Below the pieces are notes generated by a model. The model searched no databases, was not told the origin of the DNA, and saw nothing but the letters and a program-made list of their open reading frames with translations. A stretch of 54,839 nt of DNA, from contig CAMYZH010000004.1 of the NCBI GenBank assembly GCA_947303785.1, forward strand, positions 1 to 54,839, read 5' to 3'. A program made the position numbers and the translations under genes. Positions 19,465 through 28,717 of the stretch are shown piece after piece; positions within the stretch are counted from its first letter, which is position 1; every line of letters starts with the position of its first letter. The stretch is from an uncultured Clostridium sp. (GTDB lineage Bacteria > Bacillota > Clostridia > TANB77 > CAG-508).

Positions 19465-19498
19465 TACAAATTGCGCAACACCTGTTGCGCAATTTGTA
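19465..19498. repeat. right copy of the palindromic repeat: perfect 16-bp hairpin
   Basis: tacaaattgcgcaaca cc tgttgcgcaatttgta starts 1 nt after the stop codon. No T-run follows it. Confidence 0.8.
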
Positions 19499-19560
19499 AA
19501 ATTAATGTGTCAAAATTTTTATAGAGCTTTTTTAAATTTTATTTTGATAAAAAGAAAATC

Positions 19561-20160
19561 TATGTTATAATTCTAGATGTATTAAGTTAATTTTGGAGGA
19601 AATATATGAGAGAAGAACTGATTGATGTTTTGGATGAAGATGGAATAAAAACTGGAGAAGTAATGCCTAGGAGGGAAGTACATAGACTAGGTTTATGGCA
19701 TAGAGCCATAGTTGTAGCTATTATAAATGAAAAAAATGAAATACTTCTTCAACAAAGAAGTATGAAAAAAGAGAAAAATCCAGGCTTGTGGGATATTTCT
19801 GCTGCAGGTCATATTTCATGTGGCCAAGACTCAATATCAGCAGCAACTCGAGAAATAAATGAAGAAGTAAGTGTTAACCTTGGATTCAATGTTGAAGTTA
19901 AAGAATTTAGATTTATGTATTCATTTAGAAAAAAAGAAGTATTTGCAGAAGATTTTATTGAAAATCAATTCTATGATTTCTTTGTTTTGAGACAACAAGG
20001 CTTAAATTTTGAAAGTATTAAGTTTCAAGAAAGTGAAGTTCAAAATATAAAGTTTGTAAATATAACAGAATTAAACGAATTGCGTAAAACTGATAAAATT
20101 GTTCCTAGAGATGAAGTATATGATGTTCTTTCTGAATATTTGTTTAGAATGTAATTTGAT
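19561..20160 (+). repeat. tandem duplication unit A (promoter, RBS and Nudix gene)
   Basis: Homology to unit B starts at tatgttataattctag and ends a few nt after the stop. The unit offset is exactly 736 nt. Confidence 0.85.
19606..20154 (+). CDS. Nudix hydrolase (tandem copy 1)
   Basis: 182 aa with Nudix box GHISCGQDSISAATREINEEVSV. It differs from copy 2 at 13 of 182 residues by manual count. Confidence 0.85.
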   Translation: MREELIDVLDEDGIKTGEVMPRREVHRLGLWHRAIVVAIINEKNEILLQQRSMKKEKNPGLWDISAAGHISCGQDSISAATREINEEVSVNLGFNVEVKEFRFMYSFRKKEVFAEDFIENQFYDFFVLRQQGLNFESIKFQESEVQNIKFVNITELNELRKTDKIVPRDEVYDVLSEYLFRM

Positions 20161-20296
20161 AAGAGAAAAATATCAAAATAAATGATAACATAAGCCTGTG
20201 CTACATAGAGATATGTGACATAGGTTTTTCTTTTTGTGAGAAATAGCATTGTTATAATAAAAAATATTTATTTATACTATGAAAATTAGGTAATTA

Positions 20297-20896
20297 TATG
20301 TTATAATTCTAGCTAGATTAAGTTAATTTGGGAGGAAATATATGAAAGAAGAATTGATTGATGTTTTGAATGAAAACGGAATAAAAACTGGAGAAGTAAT
20401 GCCTAGAAGAGAAGTACACAGACTAGGGTTATGGCATAGAGCCATAGTCGTAGCTATTATAAATGAAAAAAATGAAATACTAATTCAACAAAGAAGTATG
20501 ACAAAAGAGAAAAATCCAGGCTTGTGGGATATTTCTGCTGCAGGTCATATTTCATGTGGCCAAGATTCAATATCAGCAGCAACCAGAGAAATAAACGAAG
20601 AGGTAAGTGTAAACCTTGGATTTAATGTTGAAGTTAAAGAATTTAGATTTATGTATTCATTCAGAAAACAAGAAGTATTTGCAGAAGATTTTATTGAAAA
20701 TCAATTCTATGATTTTTTCATTTTGAGACAACAAGGTCTAAACGTAGAAAGTATTAAGTTTCAAGAAAGTGAGCTACAAGATATAAGATTTGTAAACATA
20801 ACAGAATTAAATGAATTGCGTAAAACCGAAAAAATGGTTCCAAGAGATGAAGTATATGATGTGCTTTCTGAATATTTGTTTAGAATGTAAATTGAC
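20297..20896 (+). repeat. tandem duplication unit B (promoter, RBS and Nudix gene)
   Basis: See unit A. The extended -10 tgttataat is at 20299..20307. Confidence 0.85.
20342..20890 (+). CDS. Nudix hydrolase (tandem copy 2)
   Basis: 182 aa, near-identical to the gene at 19606..20154. Confidence 0.85.
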   Translation: MKEELIDVLNENGIKTGEVMPRREVHRLGLWHRAIVVAIINEKNEILIQQRSMTKEKNPGLWDISAAGHISCGQDSISAATREINEEVSVNLGFNVEVKEFRFMYSFRKQEVFAEDFIENQFYDFFILRQQGLNVESIKFQESELQDIRFVNITELNELRKTEKMVPRDEVYDVLSEYLFRM

Positions 20897-20936
20897 CTGA
20901 TAATAATTGTTTAATAAAATATTCGAAGAGGTAAAA

Positions 20937-21794
20937 ATGGAAAAATTAAAAACTATTTTTGAAAAAGTTAAATTTGAAAATCCAGAAATGTCATTAGATG
21001 AAGTAATATTTAGCGTATATGATTTAGTAAAAACGGAAGTAGACAAACCTTTTTACATATTAAGAAATATGATATTAGAGGCAAATGATATTAATGAATT
21101 AGAATATTACACTAAAAATGTAAAACAAGATTTAAAAGATTATATTGAAGAAAAAATATTTCCAGAATATGATAAAAATGATGGAGGACATAATTTAGCT
21201 CATATTTTAGAAGTTATAAGAAGATGTTTTGCTTTAAATGATACTTTTAAATTACATTTAAATGATAATATGCTTTATGCAATAGCTGCATGTCATGATT
21301 GGGGAAAGTACGAAAATCATGAAACACATCATTTAATTGCAGCTAGAAACTTTATGAATGATGAAAAAATGAAAAACTTCTTTAATGATGAAGAAAGAAA
21401 AATAATTAAAGAAGCAATAGAAGATCATAGATCATCAAAAGAGGATGAGCCAAGAAGTGTTTATGGAAAAATAATTTCATCAGCAGACAGAAATACAAGA
21501 ATAGAAATAGTATTTATAAGAAGTTTCTATGTTGCTCATGAAAGAATGCCTGACACAAATATTGAAGAATACTTAGATTATACATTTAACAGACTTTCAA
21601 AAAGATATAGTGAAGAAAATCCAGAAAATATGTTTTTTGAAGATGAAACATATAAAATTTTTCTTCATGATATGAGAGAACTACTAAAAGACGAAATAGA
21701 ATTTAAAAATAAATATTGTGAGATTAATCATATAAAATTACGCTCAAACAGAGTTAAAGATGAAGCAGGAGAAGTAGCATGGTTGAAGAAATAA
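20937..21794 (+). CDS. HD domain phosphohydrolase
   Basis: H..HD metal motif (GGHNLAHILEV...AACHDWGK) and SSADR. ATG 20937 follows a GAAGAGG RBS. Confidence 0.7.
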   Translation: MEKLKTIFEKVKFENPEMSLDEVIFSVYDLVKTEVDKPFYILRNMILEANDINELEYYTKNVKQDLKDYIEEKIFPEYDKNDGGHNLAHILEVIRRCFALNDTFKLHLNDNMLYAIAACHDWGKYENHETHHLIAARNFMNDEKMKNFFNDEERKIIKEAIEDHRSSKEDEPRSVYGKIISSADRNTRIEIVFIRSFYVAHERMPDTNIEEYLDYTFNRLSKRYSEENPENMFFEDETYKIFLHDMRELLKDEIEFKNKYCEINHIKLRSNRVKDEAGEVAWLKK

Positions 21795-22489
21795 GGCAAG
21801 AACTAATAAATATGTTTGATGAAAAAAATGCTGAACTTACAGTTAAATTATGCCCAAATTACAACATTGAAGAAGTGTTAGGAATTAAAATTCCTGAGCT
21901 TAGAAAAATAGCTAAAAGAATAGTCAAAAATAATGAATTTGAACAATATATAAAAGAATGTAATAAAGCTAAATATAAGAAATATCTTGAAGAGATTATA
22001 TTGGAAGGCTTAGTTATTTCTTACAGTAAAATAGAATTAAAAGATAAATTAGTATATTTAAAAAAATTTATTCCTAAAATTAATAGTTGGCTTATAAATG
22101 ATACAGTTTGTGCAACATTGAAAGTAAAAAAAACAAAAGACCAAGAGATGCTTTGGAATTTTATCATTCCATACTTGAAATCTCAGAAACAATTTGAAGT
22201 ACGATTTGCAGTAGTGATGATGTTGGATAATTTTATAATAGATGAATATGTAGATGAAGTTATTTCTAAATTAAACAGTATAGAAAATAGAGAATATTAT
22301 ACACAAATGGCAGTTGCATGGACTTTAGCTGAAATTGGAATTAAATTTAATGATAAAGCAATGAAATTTTTAAAAGGAAAAAATAATCTTGATGATTTTA
22401 CATATAATAAAACATTGCAGAAAATGAGAGAATCTTATAGAATTTCTCAAAAGTTAAAAGAAGAACTTAAAACTATGAAACGAACATAA
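21779..22489 (+). CDS. DNA alkylation repair protein (AlkD/AlkC-like HEAT repeat)
   Basis: 236 aa. The VLGIKIPELRKIAK and W..DT.C helical-repeat pattern is typical of this family. It overlaps the HD gene by 16 nt. Confidence 0.6.
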   Translation: MVEEIRQELINMFDEKNAELTVKLCPNYNIEEVLGIKIPELRKIAKRIVKNNEFEQYIKECNKAKYKKYLEEIILEGLVISYSKIELKDKLVYLKKFIPKINSWLINDTVCATLKVKKTKDQEMLWNFIIPYLKSQKQFEVRFAVVMMLDNFIIDEYVDEVISKLNSIENREYYTQMAVAWTLAEIGIKFNDKAMKFLKGKNNLDDFTYNKTLQKMRESYRISQKLKEELKTMKRT

Positions 22490-22519
22490 ATCAAATAGAG
22501 AAAACAAGGAGAATACACA

Positions 22520-23306
22520 ATGAAAGTAGGATATTTAGGCCCAAAAGGAACATTTTCATATGAGGTTGCAAAAAAATATAATCAAGAAGCACAATTAGTC
22601 CAGTTTAATACAATTTCAAAATGTATTAAAGCATTAGAAGAAGATAAAATAGATACAGCGATAGTACCTATTGAAAATTCACTTCAAGGTGGTGTAACAG
22701 AGACAATAGATATACTTGTAGAAACTGAAGGAATATATGTAAATGAAGAAATTGTTATAGGAATAAAACATAATCTACTTGCTAAAGAAAATTATAAAAA
22801 AGAGGAAATTAAAGAATTATATTCACATATACAGGCGATTGAACAATGTAGAAAGTACATAGAAAAAAATCTTCCTGATGTTCATATAAATCATGTATCT
22901 AGTACAGCTCTTGCTGCTGAAATTGTAAAAGATAAAGAAAATTGTGCATGTATTGCAAACAAAAGTTGCATAGATGAATATAATTTAAATCTTATAGAAG
23001 AAAACATTCAAGATAATGATACTAATCAAACAAAATTCTGGGTTTTATCTAAAACAAAAAATGAAAATGGAAAGAAAATGTCAATTATTTTTTCATGTAA
23101 AGATAAACCAGGAGCACTTTATCAAATATTACGGAATTTTTAATTGCAATAAAATAAACCTTTGCAAAATTGAATCAAGGCCAGCTAAGACCAAATTAGG
23201 AGACTATATGTTTTTAGTAGATTTAGAAACAAGTAAGTATTTGGATAATGCGATTCAGTTATTATATGAAGATTGTAAATTCTTAAAAATACTTGGAATA
23301 TATTAG
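22520..23306 (+). pseudogene. pheA: prephenate dehydratase, frame interrupted at CGG 23132
   Basis: The PDT domain MKVGYLGPKGTFSYEVA runs to ..KDKPGALYQIL in frame 1. The ACT-domain continuation GIFNCNKINLCKIESRPAKTKLGDYMFLVDLE is in the +1 frame. The frames join if the C of ttaCgga is skipped. Confidence 0.85.
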
Positions 23307-23319
23307 AAGGAGTAGAAAG

Positions 23320-24501
23320 ATGATTTCTAAAAGTATGGAAAAATTAATAAACAATAATTCAGTAATTCGAAAGATGTTTGAAGAAGGAAAAATATTAAAA
23401 GAAAAATATGGTGAAGAAAATGTTTTTGATTTTAGTATTGGAAATCCAAGTGTAGAAGTTCCAGAAGAAGTTAATTTGGCAATAAAAACAGTTACAAGTG
23501 AAAAAGATATTCACTCATATATGAATAATGCAGGTTTTGATGATGTAAGGCAAACTTTGGCAAATAACATAAATGAAAGATTTAAAACAAATTTTGAAAA
23601 GAAAAATATTGTAATGTGTACTGGAGCAGCAGGAGGAATTAATGCAATTCTTAGAACCATTTTAAATCCAGAAGATGAAGTTATTGTGATGGTTCCATAT
23701 TTTATGGAATATAAAAACTATGTAGAAAATTTTTATGCTAAAATTGTTGAGGTCGGCTGTAATGATGATTTTATGCCTAATCTAGATGAATTTGAAAATA
23801 AAATAACTTCAAAAACTAAAGCTGTAATTATTAATAATCCAAATAATCCTTCAGGTGTAGTGTATTCTGAAGATGTAATAAGAAAGATTTCTGAAATTCT
23901 TGTTAAAAAGCAAAAGGAGTTTAATAGTTCGATATATATTATTTCAGATGAACCATATAGAGAAATTGTGTTTGATGAAATAGAGGTTCCTTATATTACT
24001 AAATATTACAATAATTCTTTAGTTGTTTATTCATATAGTAAGAGTTTATCAATTCCAGGAGAAAGAATTGGATATATTGTTATACCAAGCCAAGTTGATG
24101 ATTTTGAAACCTTAGCACAAGGTGTTACAATAGCAATTAGAATCTTAGGTTTTGTTAATGCACCTTCACTAATGCAAAAAGTAATTAAAGAGTGTACTAA
24201 TGTTACAGCAGATATGTCTATTTATGAAAATAATCGTAATATTTTATATAATGGTTTAATTAAAATTGGTTATGAATGTATAAAACCACAAGGAACATTT
24301 TACTTGTTTTTAAAATCTCCAATTGAAGATGAAAAAGAATTTTGCCAAATAGCGAAAAAGTTTAATATATTAATGGTTCCAGGTAGTTCTTTTGCAAAGC
24401 CCGGGTATGTGAGACTCGCTTTTTGTACAAAAACAAAGAAAATAGAAAGTGCACTGCCAAAATTTAAAGAACTTTATGAAATAGTAAAAGAAGGGATTTA
24501 G
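23320..24501 (+). CDS. PLP-dependent aminotransferase class I (aspartate/aromatic)
   Basis: PLP-Lys motif YSYSKSLSIPGERIGY and NNPNNPSG. GAAGGAG RBS before ATG 23320. Confidence 0.8.
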   Translation: MISKSMEKLINNNSVIRKMFEEGKILKEKYGEENVFDFSIGNPSVEVPEEVNLAIKTVTSEKDIHSYMNNAGFDDVRQTLANNINERFKTNFEKKNIVMCTGAAGGINAILRTILNPEDEVIVMVPYFMEYKNYVENFYAKIVEVGCNDDFMPNLDEFENKITSKTKAVIINNPNNPSGVVYSEDVIRKISEILVKKQKEFNSSIYIISDEPYREIVFDEIEVPYITKYYNNSLVVYSYSKSLSIPGERIGYIVIPSQVDDFETLAQGVTIAIRILGFVNAPSLMQKVIKECTNVTADMSIYENNRNILYNGLIKIGYECIKPQGTFYLFLKSPIEDEKEFCQIAKKFNILMVPGSSFAKPGYVRLAFCTKTKKIESALPKFKELYEIVKEGI

Positions 24502-24507
24502 TTTGAA

Positions 24508-25588
24508 ATGTATAATATTGGAATAATAGGTCTTGGTTTTTTAGGAGGATCTTTAGCAAAGAGTTTAAGAAAATCAAAAAAAGTTGATAGCATTATTGCT
24601 TTTGATACAAATGTAAATAGTTTGAAACAAGCAAAAGAAGATGGAGTAATTAATGACTATTCAGAAAGTGTTGATAATAAATTTGAAAATTGTGATATCG
24701 TATTTATTTGTACACCAGTAAAAGCAATTTTCTCAATTGCAAAAGAATTGGAAGAAGTAACTAAAAACAATTGTATTATTACTGATACAGGAAGTACTAA
24801 GAAAAAAATAATACAATCAGCAACTTCATTAAAGAGAGAATTTATTGGTGGGCATCCAATGGTGGGTTCAGAAAGATCTGGTTATCAGACATCAAAAGAT
24901 AATTTATTTGAAAATTCTTATTATATAATAACTAAAAACGAGAATAACAAAGTTACTTCTATAAATACTTTAGAAGAAGTAATAAAAGAAATTAGAGCAA
25001 TACCAATCATAATAGATGAATGTGAACATGATTATATAACTGCGACAATTAGCCATGTTCCACATATTATTGCTTCTTCTTTGACAACAATGGTTCAACA
25101 ATTAGATAGCAAAGATGAAATAATGAGAACACTTGCTGCACGGTGGGTTTAAAGATATTACTAGAATAGCTTCATCAGATCCAACTATGTGGGAAAATAT
25201 TTGTAGTGAAAACAAAGATGAAATATTAAAAGTTTTAAGTAAATTAAAAGTAATTATTGAAACATTTGAAAAAAACATTACAGATAGTGATAAAACATAT
25301 AATTTCTTCAGCAATGCAAAACACTACAGGGATAGTTTTGCAAACAAAAAAATTAATGGAAATACAATGCCTGAAATTGATATTGACATTAAAGATGAAA
25401 ATGGAGCTTTGGCAAGGGTTACTACTATTTTGAGCCAGAATGATATAGGTATTAAAAACTTAGAGGTAATGAATAATAGAGAAAATAATTTTGGAGTTTT
25501 AAAAGTTATTATTGATAATTATGATAATAGAGAAAAAGCCTATAATATAATAAAGGAAAACGGATATGAAGTTAGAAAAGTTGATTAA
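24508..25588 (+). pseudogene. tyrA: prephenate dehydrogenase with C-terminal ACT domain, frame interrupted at CGG 25141
   Basis: Rossmann IGIIGLGFLGGSLA and GGHPMVGSE in frame 1. The conserved GGFKDITRIASSDPTMW is in the +1 frame. The frames join if the C of gcaCggt is skipped. Confidence 0.85.
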
Positions 25589-25617
25589 TTATAAATAATA
25601 ATTAGATGGAGGAAAAA

Positions 25618-26886
25618 ATGGAAGGAAAGGATTTAACTAAAGGTAATCTTTTAAAAAACATGGTAATTCTTTTAATACCATTGATTTTAACTAATTTATT
25701 GAATTCAATTTATAATATTGTAGATAGTATTTGGATAGGAAATTTGGTAGGTGGAACTGGTGTTGCTGCGATTACTAATAGTTATCCAATAACTTTAATT
25801 TTGTCATCAATAATGATAGGATTAGCAACAGCTACTGCTGTATCTGTTTCACAGTATTATGGTGCTAAAAATGAAGAAAAATTGAAATCAACTGTTGGAG
25901 TTTCATATTTACTTTCAATAATACTTGCCATTATAGCGATTGCTATTACTAGAATAACACTAGATTTTTGGCTAAAATTAATGAACACTCCAAAAGACAT
26001 ATATCAAGTAACAGTAGATTATTTAAGCTTTTATTTTATTGGATATTTGTTCAATTTTATTTTTTCTATTATATTGCACGAGTATAGAGCCATTGGAAAT
26101 ACTAGAGCTGCACTGATTTTTGTTGCAATTAGTTCTGGTATTAATATAATACTAGATCCATTATTAATTAAAGCTGGTTTAGGAGTTAAAGGAACAGCCA
26201 TTGCGACAGCAATTTCTATGTTCATTGGATTAGTGATAGCCATTATTCATATAAACAGAAAGAGTAAATTATTAAAGTTTGATTTAAAATACTTAAAGTT
26301 CAATAAGAGCTATATAATTCAATTAATTAAATTAGGAATTCCTATGGTTATCCAAGAATTATTAATTGCAAGTGTATTCTTTATTGAAGTTAATATTTCT
26401 AATGAAACTGGAGTTGTTGGAAGTGCCGGATATGGTGTAGTAAATAAGGTTGAAGAAGTAAAAAAAGTAATAAAAGAAGGATTAAAAATTTCAGTAATTC
26501 CTATTTTAATTACAATTATCATTGCTTTTATTTTTCCAAAATTTTTTATAAGTTTATTTGTTTCATCTGATGATGTGATTTCAATGGCAATGAGTTATAT
26601 AAATGTATTAAGAATCAGTTTTCTTATAATTCCAATTAGACATCTTCTACAAGGATTTGTAATTGGAACGGGTCATACTAGATTTTCAATGGTGCAAACA
26701 CTGCTTGCAATGAGTTCACAGATAATAAGTTTAATTATATTGAGAAGTGCAACGAATTTAAGTGGATTAGTAGCACTTGGAATTTCAATAACTATTTGTG
26801 CATATGTTCAAGTTCTTGTAATTATAGGTTATTATTTTTCAAATAGATGGAAAAAAGTTGTAATTAAAAATAAGTCAATTGCTTAA
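25618..26886 (+). CDS. MATE family efflux transporter
   Basis: Multi-TM protein with the typical N-terminus DLTKGNLLKNMVILLIPLILTNLLNSIYNIVDSIWIGNL. ATG 25618 follows a GGAGG. Confidence 0.75.
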   Translation: MEGKDLTKGNLLKNMVILLIPLILTNLLNSIYNIVDSIWIGNLVGGTGVAAITNSYPITLILSSIMIGLATATAVSVSQYYGAKNEEKLKSTVGVSYLLSIILAIIAIAITRITLDFWLKLMNTPKDIYQVTVDYLSFYFIGYLFNFIFSIILHEYRAIGNTRAALIFVAISSGINIILDPLLIKAGLGVKGTAIATAISMFIGLVIAIIHINRKSKLLKFDLKYLKFNKSYIIQLIKLGIPMVIQELLIASVFFIEVNISNETGVVGSAGYGVVNKVEEVKKVIKEGLKISVIPILITIIIAFIFPKFFISLFVSSDDVISMAMSYINVLRISFLIIPIRHLLQGFVIGTGHTRFSMVQTLLAMSSQIISLIILRSATNLSGLVALGISITICAYVQVLVIIGYYFSNRWKKVVIKNKSIA

Positions 26887-26924
26887 TATTTTTGATTAAA
26901 TGAAATAAAGAGGAGTGAATAGTT

Positions 26925-27662
26925 ATGATTAAAAGAATTACTAAGCCAATAGTTTTAAAATATGAAAACAGATTTCATAACATACCTGATGATGTAAAAA
27001 AAGAAATAGATAGTTTTTGGAAAAACTTAGTTTCTGATAATCCAAGTCTTTTTAATGGAGAAAATCATACAGTAGAAAGTGTTACTGAATTTGACGACCA
27101 TATTGAAATGAAAGTTGTAAGAACAAATTATGCTACATATTTATATAATGAAAGAGTAGGAATAGATGATGAAAAATTTAAAATTATTCATTTATGGAGT
27201 GGTATATTGTTTGAAACAAATGACAATTATTTAGTGCTTGGAGAAATGGGAGATAATACTTCTGTTCCAAAATGGCTACAACTTCCTGGTGGAGGTACAT
27301 CTGATGAAGATATTGTAGGTGACATTATAGATATAGATGGAAATTTAAAAAGAGAAGTAAAAGAGGAATTAAATATTGATTTAGATACTATAAAATATGA
27401 GATGAAATATTTAGAATGTCCTAGTGAAGTAAGAAGTGTATATGGATTTTTGGCGGTTGGAAAAATTAATATGAATAAAGAAGAATTAAATCTACATTTT
27501 GAAAGATATAAAGATTATTTAAGAAAAAACGCCCTAGAACAAGAATTTTCTAAATTAGTGTTCTTACCTAAGAATACTGCATTAGATGAATTTGACAGAT
27601 TGGACAACCCAAAACGTGAGTATTTAAGAGAATTTATAGAAATGGTAGTAAATGATAATTAA
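26925..27662 (+). CDS. Nudix-like hydrolase
   Basis: LPGGGTSDEDIVGD...NLKREVKEELNI resembles a Nudix box with an insertion. Confidence 0.5.
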   Translation: MIKRITKPIVLKYENRFHNIPDDVKKEIDSFWKNLVSDNPSLFNGENHTVESVTEFDDHIEMKVVRTNYATYLYNERVGIDDEKFKIIHLWSGILFETNDNYLVLGEMGDNTSVPKWLQLPGGGTSDEDIVGDIIDIDGNLKREVKEELNIDLDTIKYEMKYLECPSEVRSVYGFLAVGKINMNKEELNLHFERYKDYLRKNALEQEFSKLVFLPKNTALDEFDRLDNPKREYLREFIEMVVNDN

Positions 27663-27770
27663 AGAAAGATAGATAAGTATTTGCAATTAGGAGAGATTAT
27701 AAAAAGATTTTAAAATAGTATATAAAGTGATATAATCAGAAAAATATAATTATTATGAGGAGGATATAAA

Positions 27771-28196
27771 ATGGAAATTTTAAAAAATTGGGCAAATGAT
27801 GAGGTATTAAATGAAAATGTTAAACAAGCTAAGGAAGCTAGACTTCATGCGTATTCACCATATGGACAATTTCAAGTAGGGGCTGCACTTAGAACTAAGA
27901 GCGGAAAAATATATAAAGGATGTAATATAGAAAATCACGGAATACAAGGAATTTGTGCAGAACGTACAGCATTTGCGAAAGCTCTTTCAGAAGGGGAAAG
28001 AGAATTTGAAAGTATTACTGTTGTTGGTAGTGAAATTGGTGAAGAACCTAAAGATGTATGTATGCCATGTGGATATTGCAGACAATTTATGAGTGAATTT
28101 GTAGATAGTAATTTCAAAGTATTTGTAGTAAATAAAGAAAATAGTATTGAAGAATATACTATGGATCAACTTTTACCACACAGTTTTAAATTTTAA
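27771..28196 (+). CDS. cdd: cytidine deaminase (homotetrameric type)
   Basis: Zinc motifs CAERTAF and PCGYCRQFM. 141 aa. Confidence 0.9.
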   Translation: MEILKNWANDEVLNENVKQAKEARLHAYSPYGQFQVGAALRTKSGKIYKGCNIENHGIQGICAERTAFAKALSEGEREFESITVVGSEIGEEPKDVCMPCGYCRQFMSEFVDSNFKVFVVNKENSIEEYTMDQLLPHSFKF

Positions 28197-28282
28197 AAAT
28201 TAATTTAACTAATTGAATATATTGAAATTAGCGGATAAATATTATAAAATAGTTTCCATAAAGTGAGAGGTATGATTTATCT

Positions 28283-28672
28283 ATGGAAAGTGAAATAAAA
28301 AATATTGTTTTATGTGGAAGTATGAAAGTTAAAGATAAAATTGTAGATGTAGCTTCTGAATTAGAAAAAATGGGTTATAATGTTTTGCTTCCTGTTGAAT
28401 GTATGCAAGGATTGGATAAGCTTATTGCTTCAAGAGCTCATTTTAACAGAATTGTTGACCCCGAAAATGATACTATTTTAATAGTAAATTCAACCAAAAA
28501 TGGAATAGAAAATTATATTGGACCAAATAGTTTTGCAGAGATCGCATTTGCGTTTTATTTTAATAAAAGAATTATATTGTTAAATGATATATATAAACCT
28601 TATGAAGATGAACTTATTGGATGGAAAGTAAGGGTTTTGAAGGGAGATTTGACGGAAATTAATAATGTTTAA
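28283..28672 (+). CDS. small Rossmann-like protein, possibly nucleoside 2-deoxyribosyltransferase-like
   Basis: 129 aa. IVLCGSMKV...GYNVLLP and YIGPNSFAEIAFAFYFNKRIILL resemble NDT-like folds. The assignment is weak. Confidence 0.35.
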   Translation: MESEIKNIVLCGSMKVKDKIVDVASELEKMGYNVLLPVECMQGLDKLIASRAHFNRIVDPENDTILIVNSTKNGIENYIGPNSFAEIAFAFYFNKRIILLNDIYKPYEDELIGWKVRVLKGDLTEINNV

Positions 28673-28717
28673 AATCAATATTATGTTAAATAATGTTGTA
28701 GAAAAGGATGTTAAAAA

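Noticed and set aside
23016-23306. Treating 23016..23306, 25133..25588, 19201..19464 and 44856..45053 as independent small genes
   Set aside because: Each is the exact continuation of the conserved domain of the upstream ORF in the +1 frame. Their annotated starts are fortuitous internal codons without an RBS.
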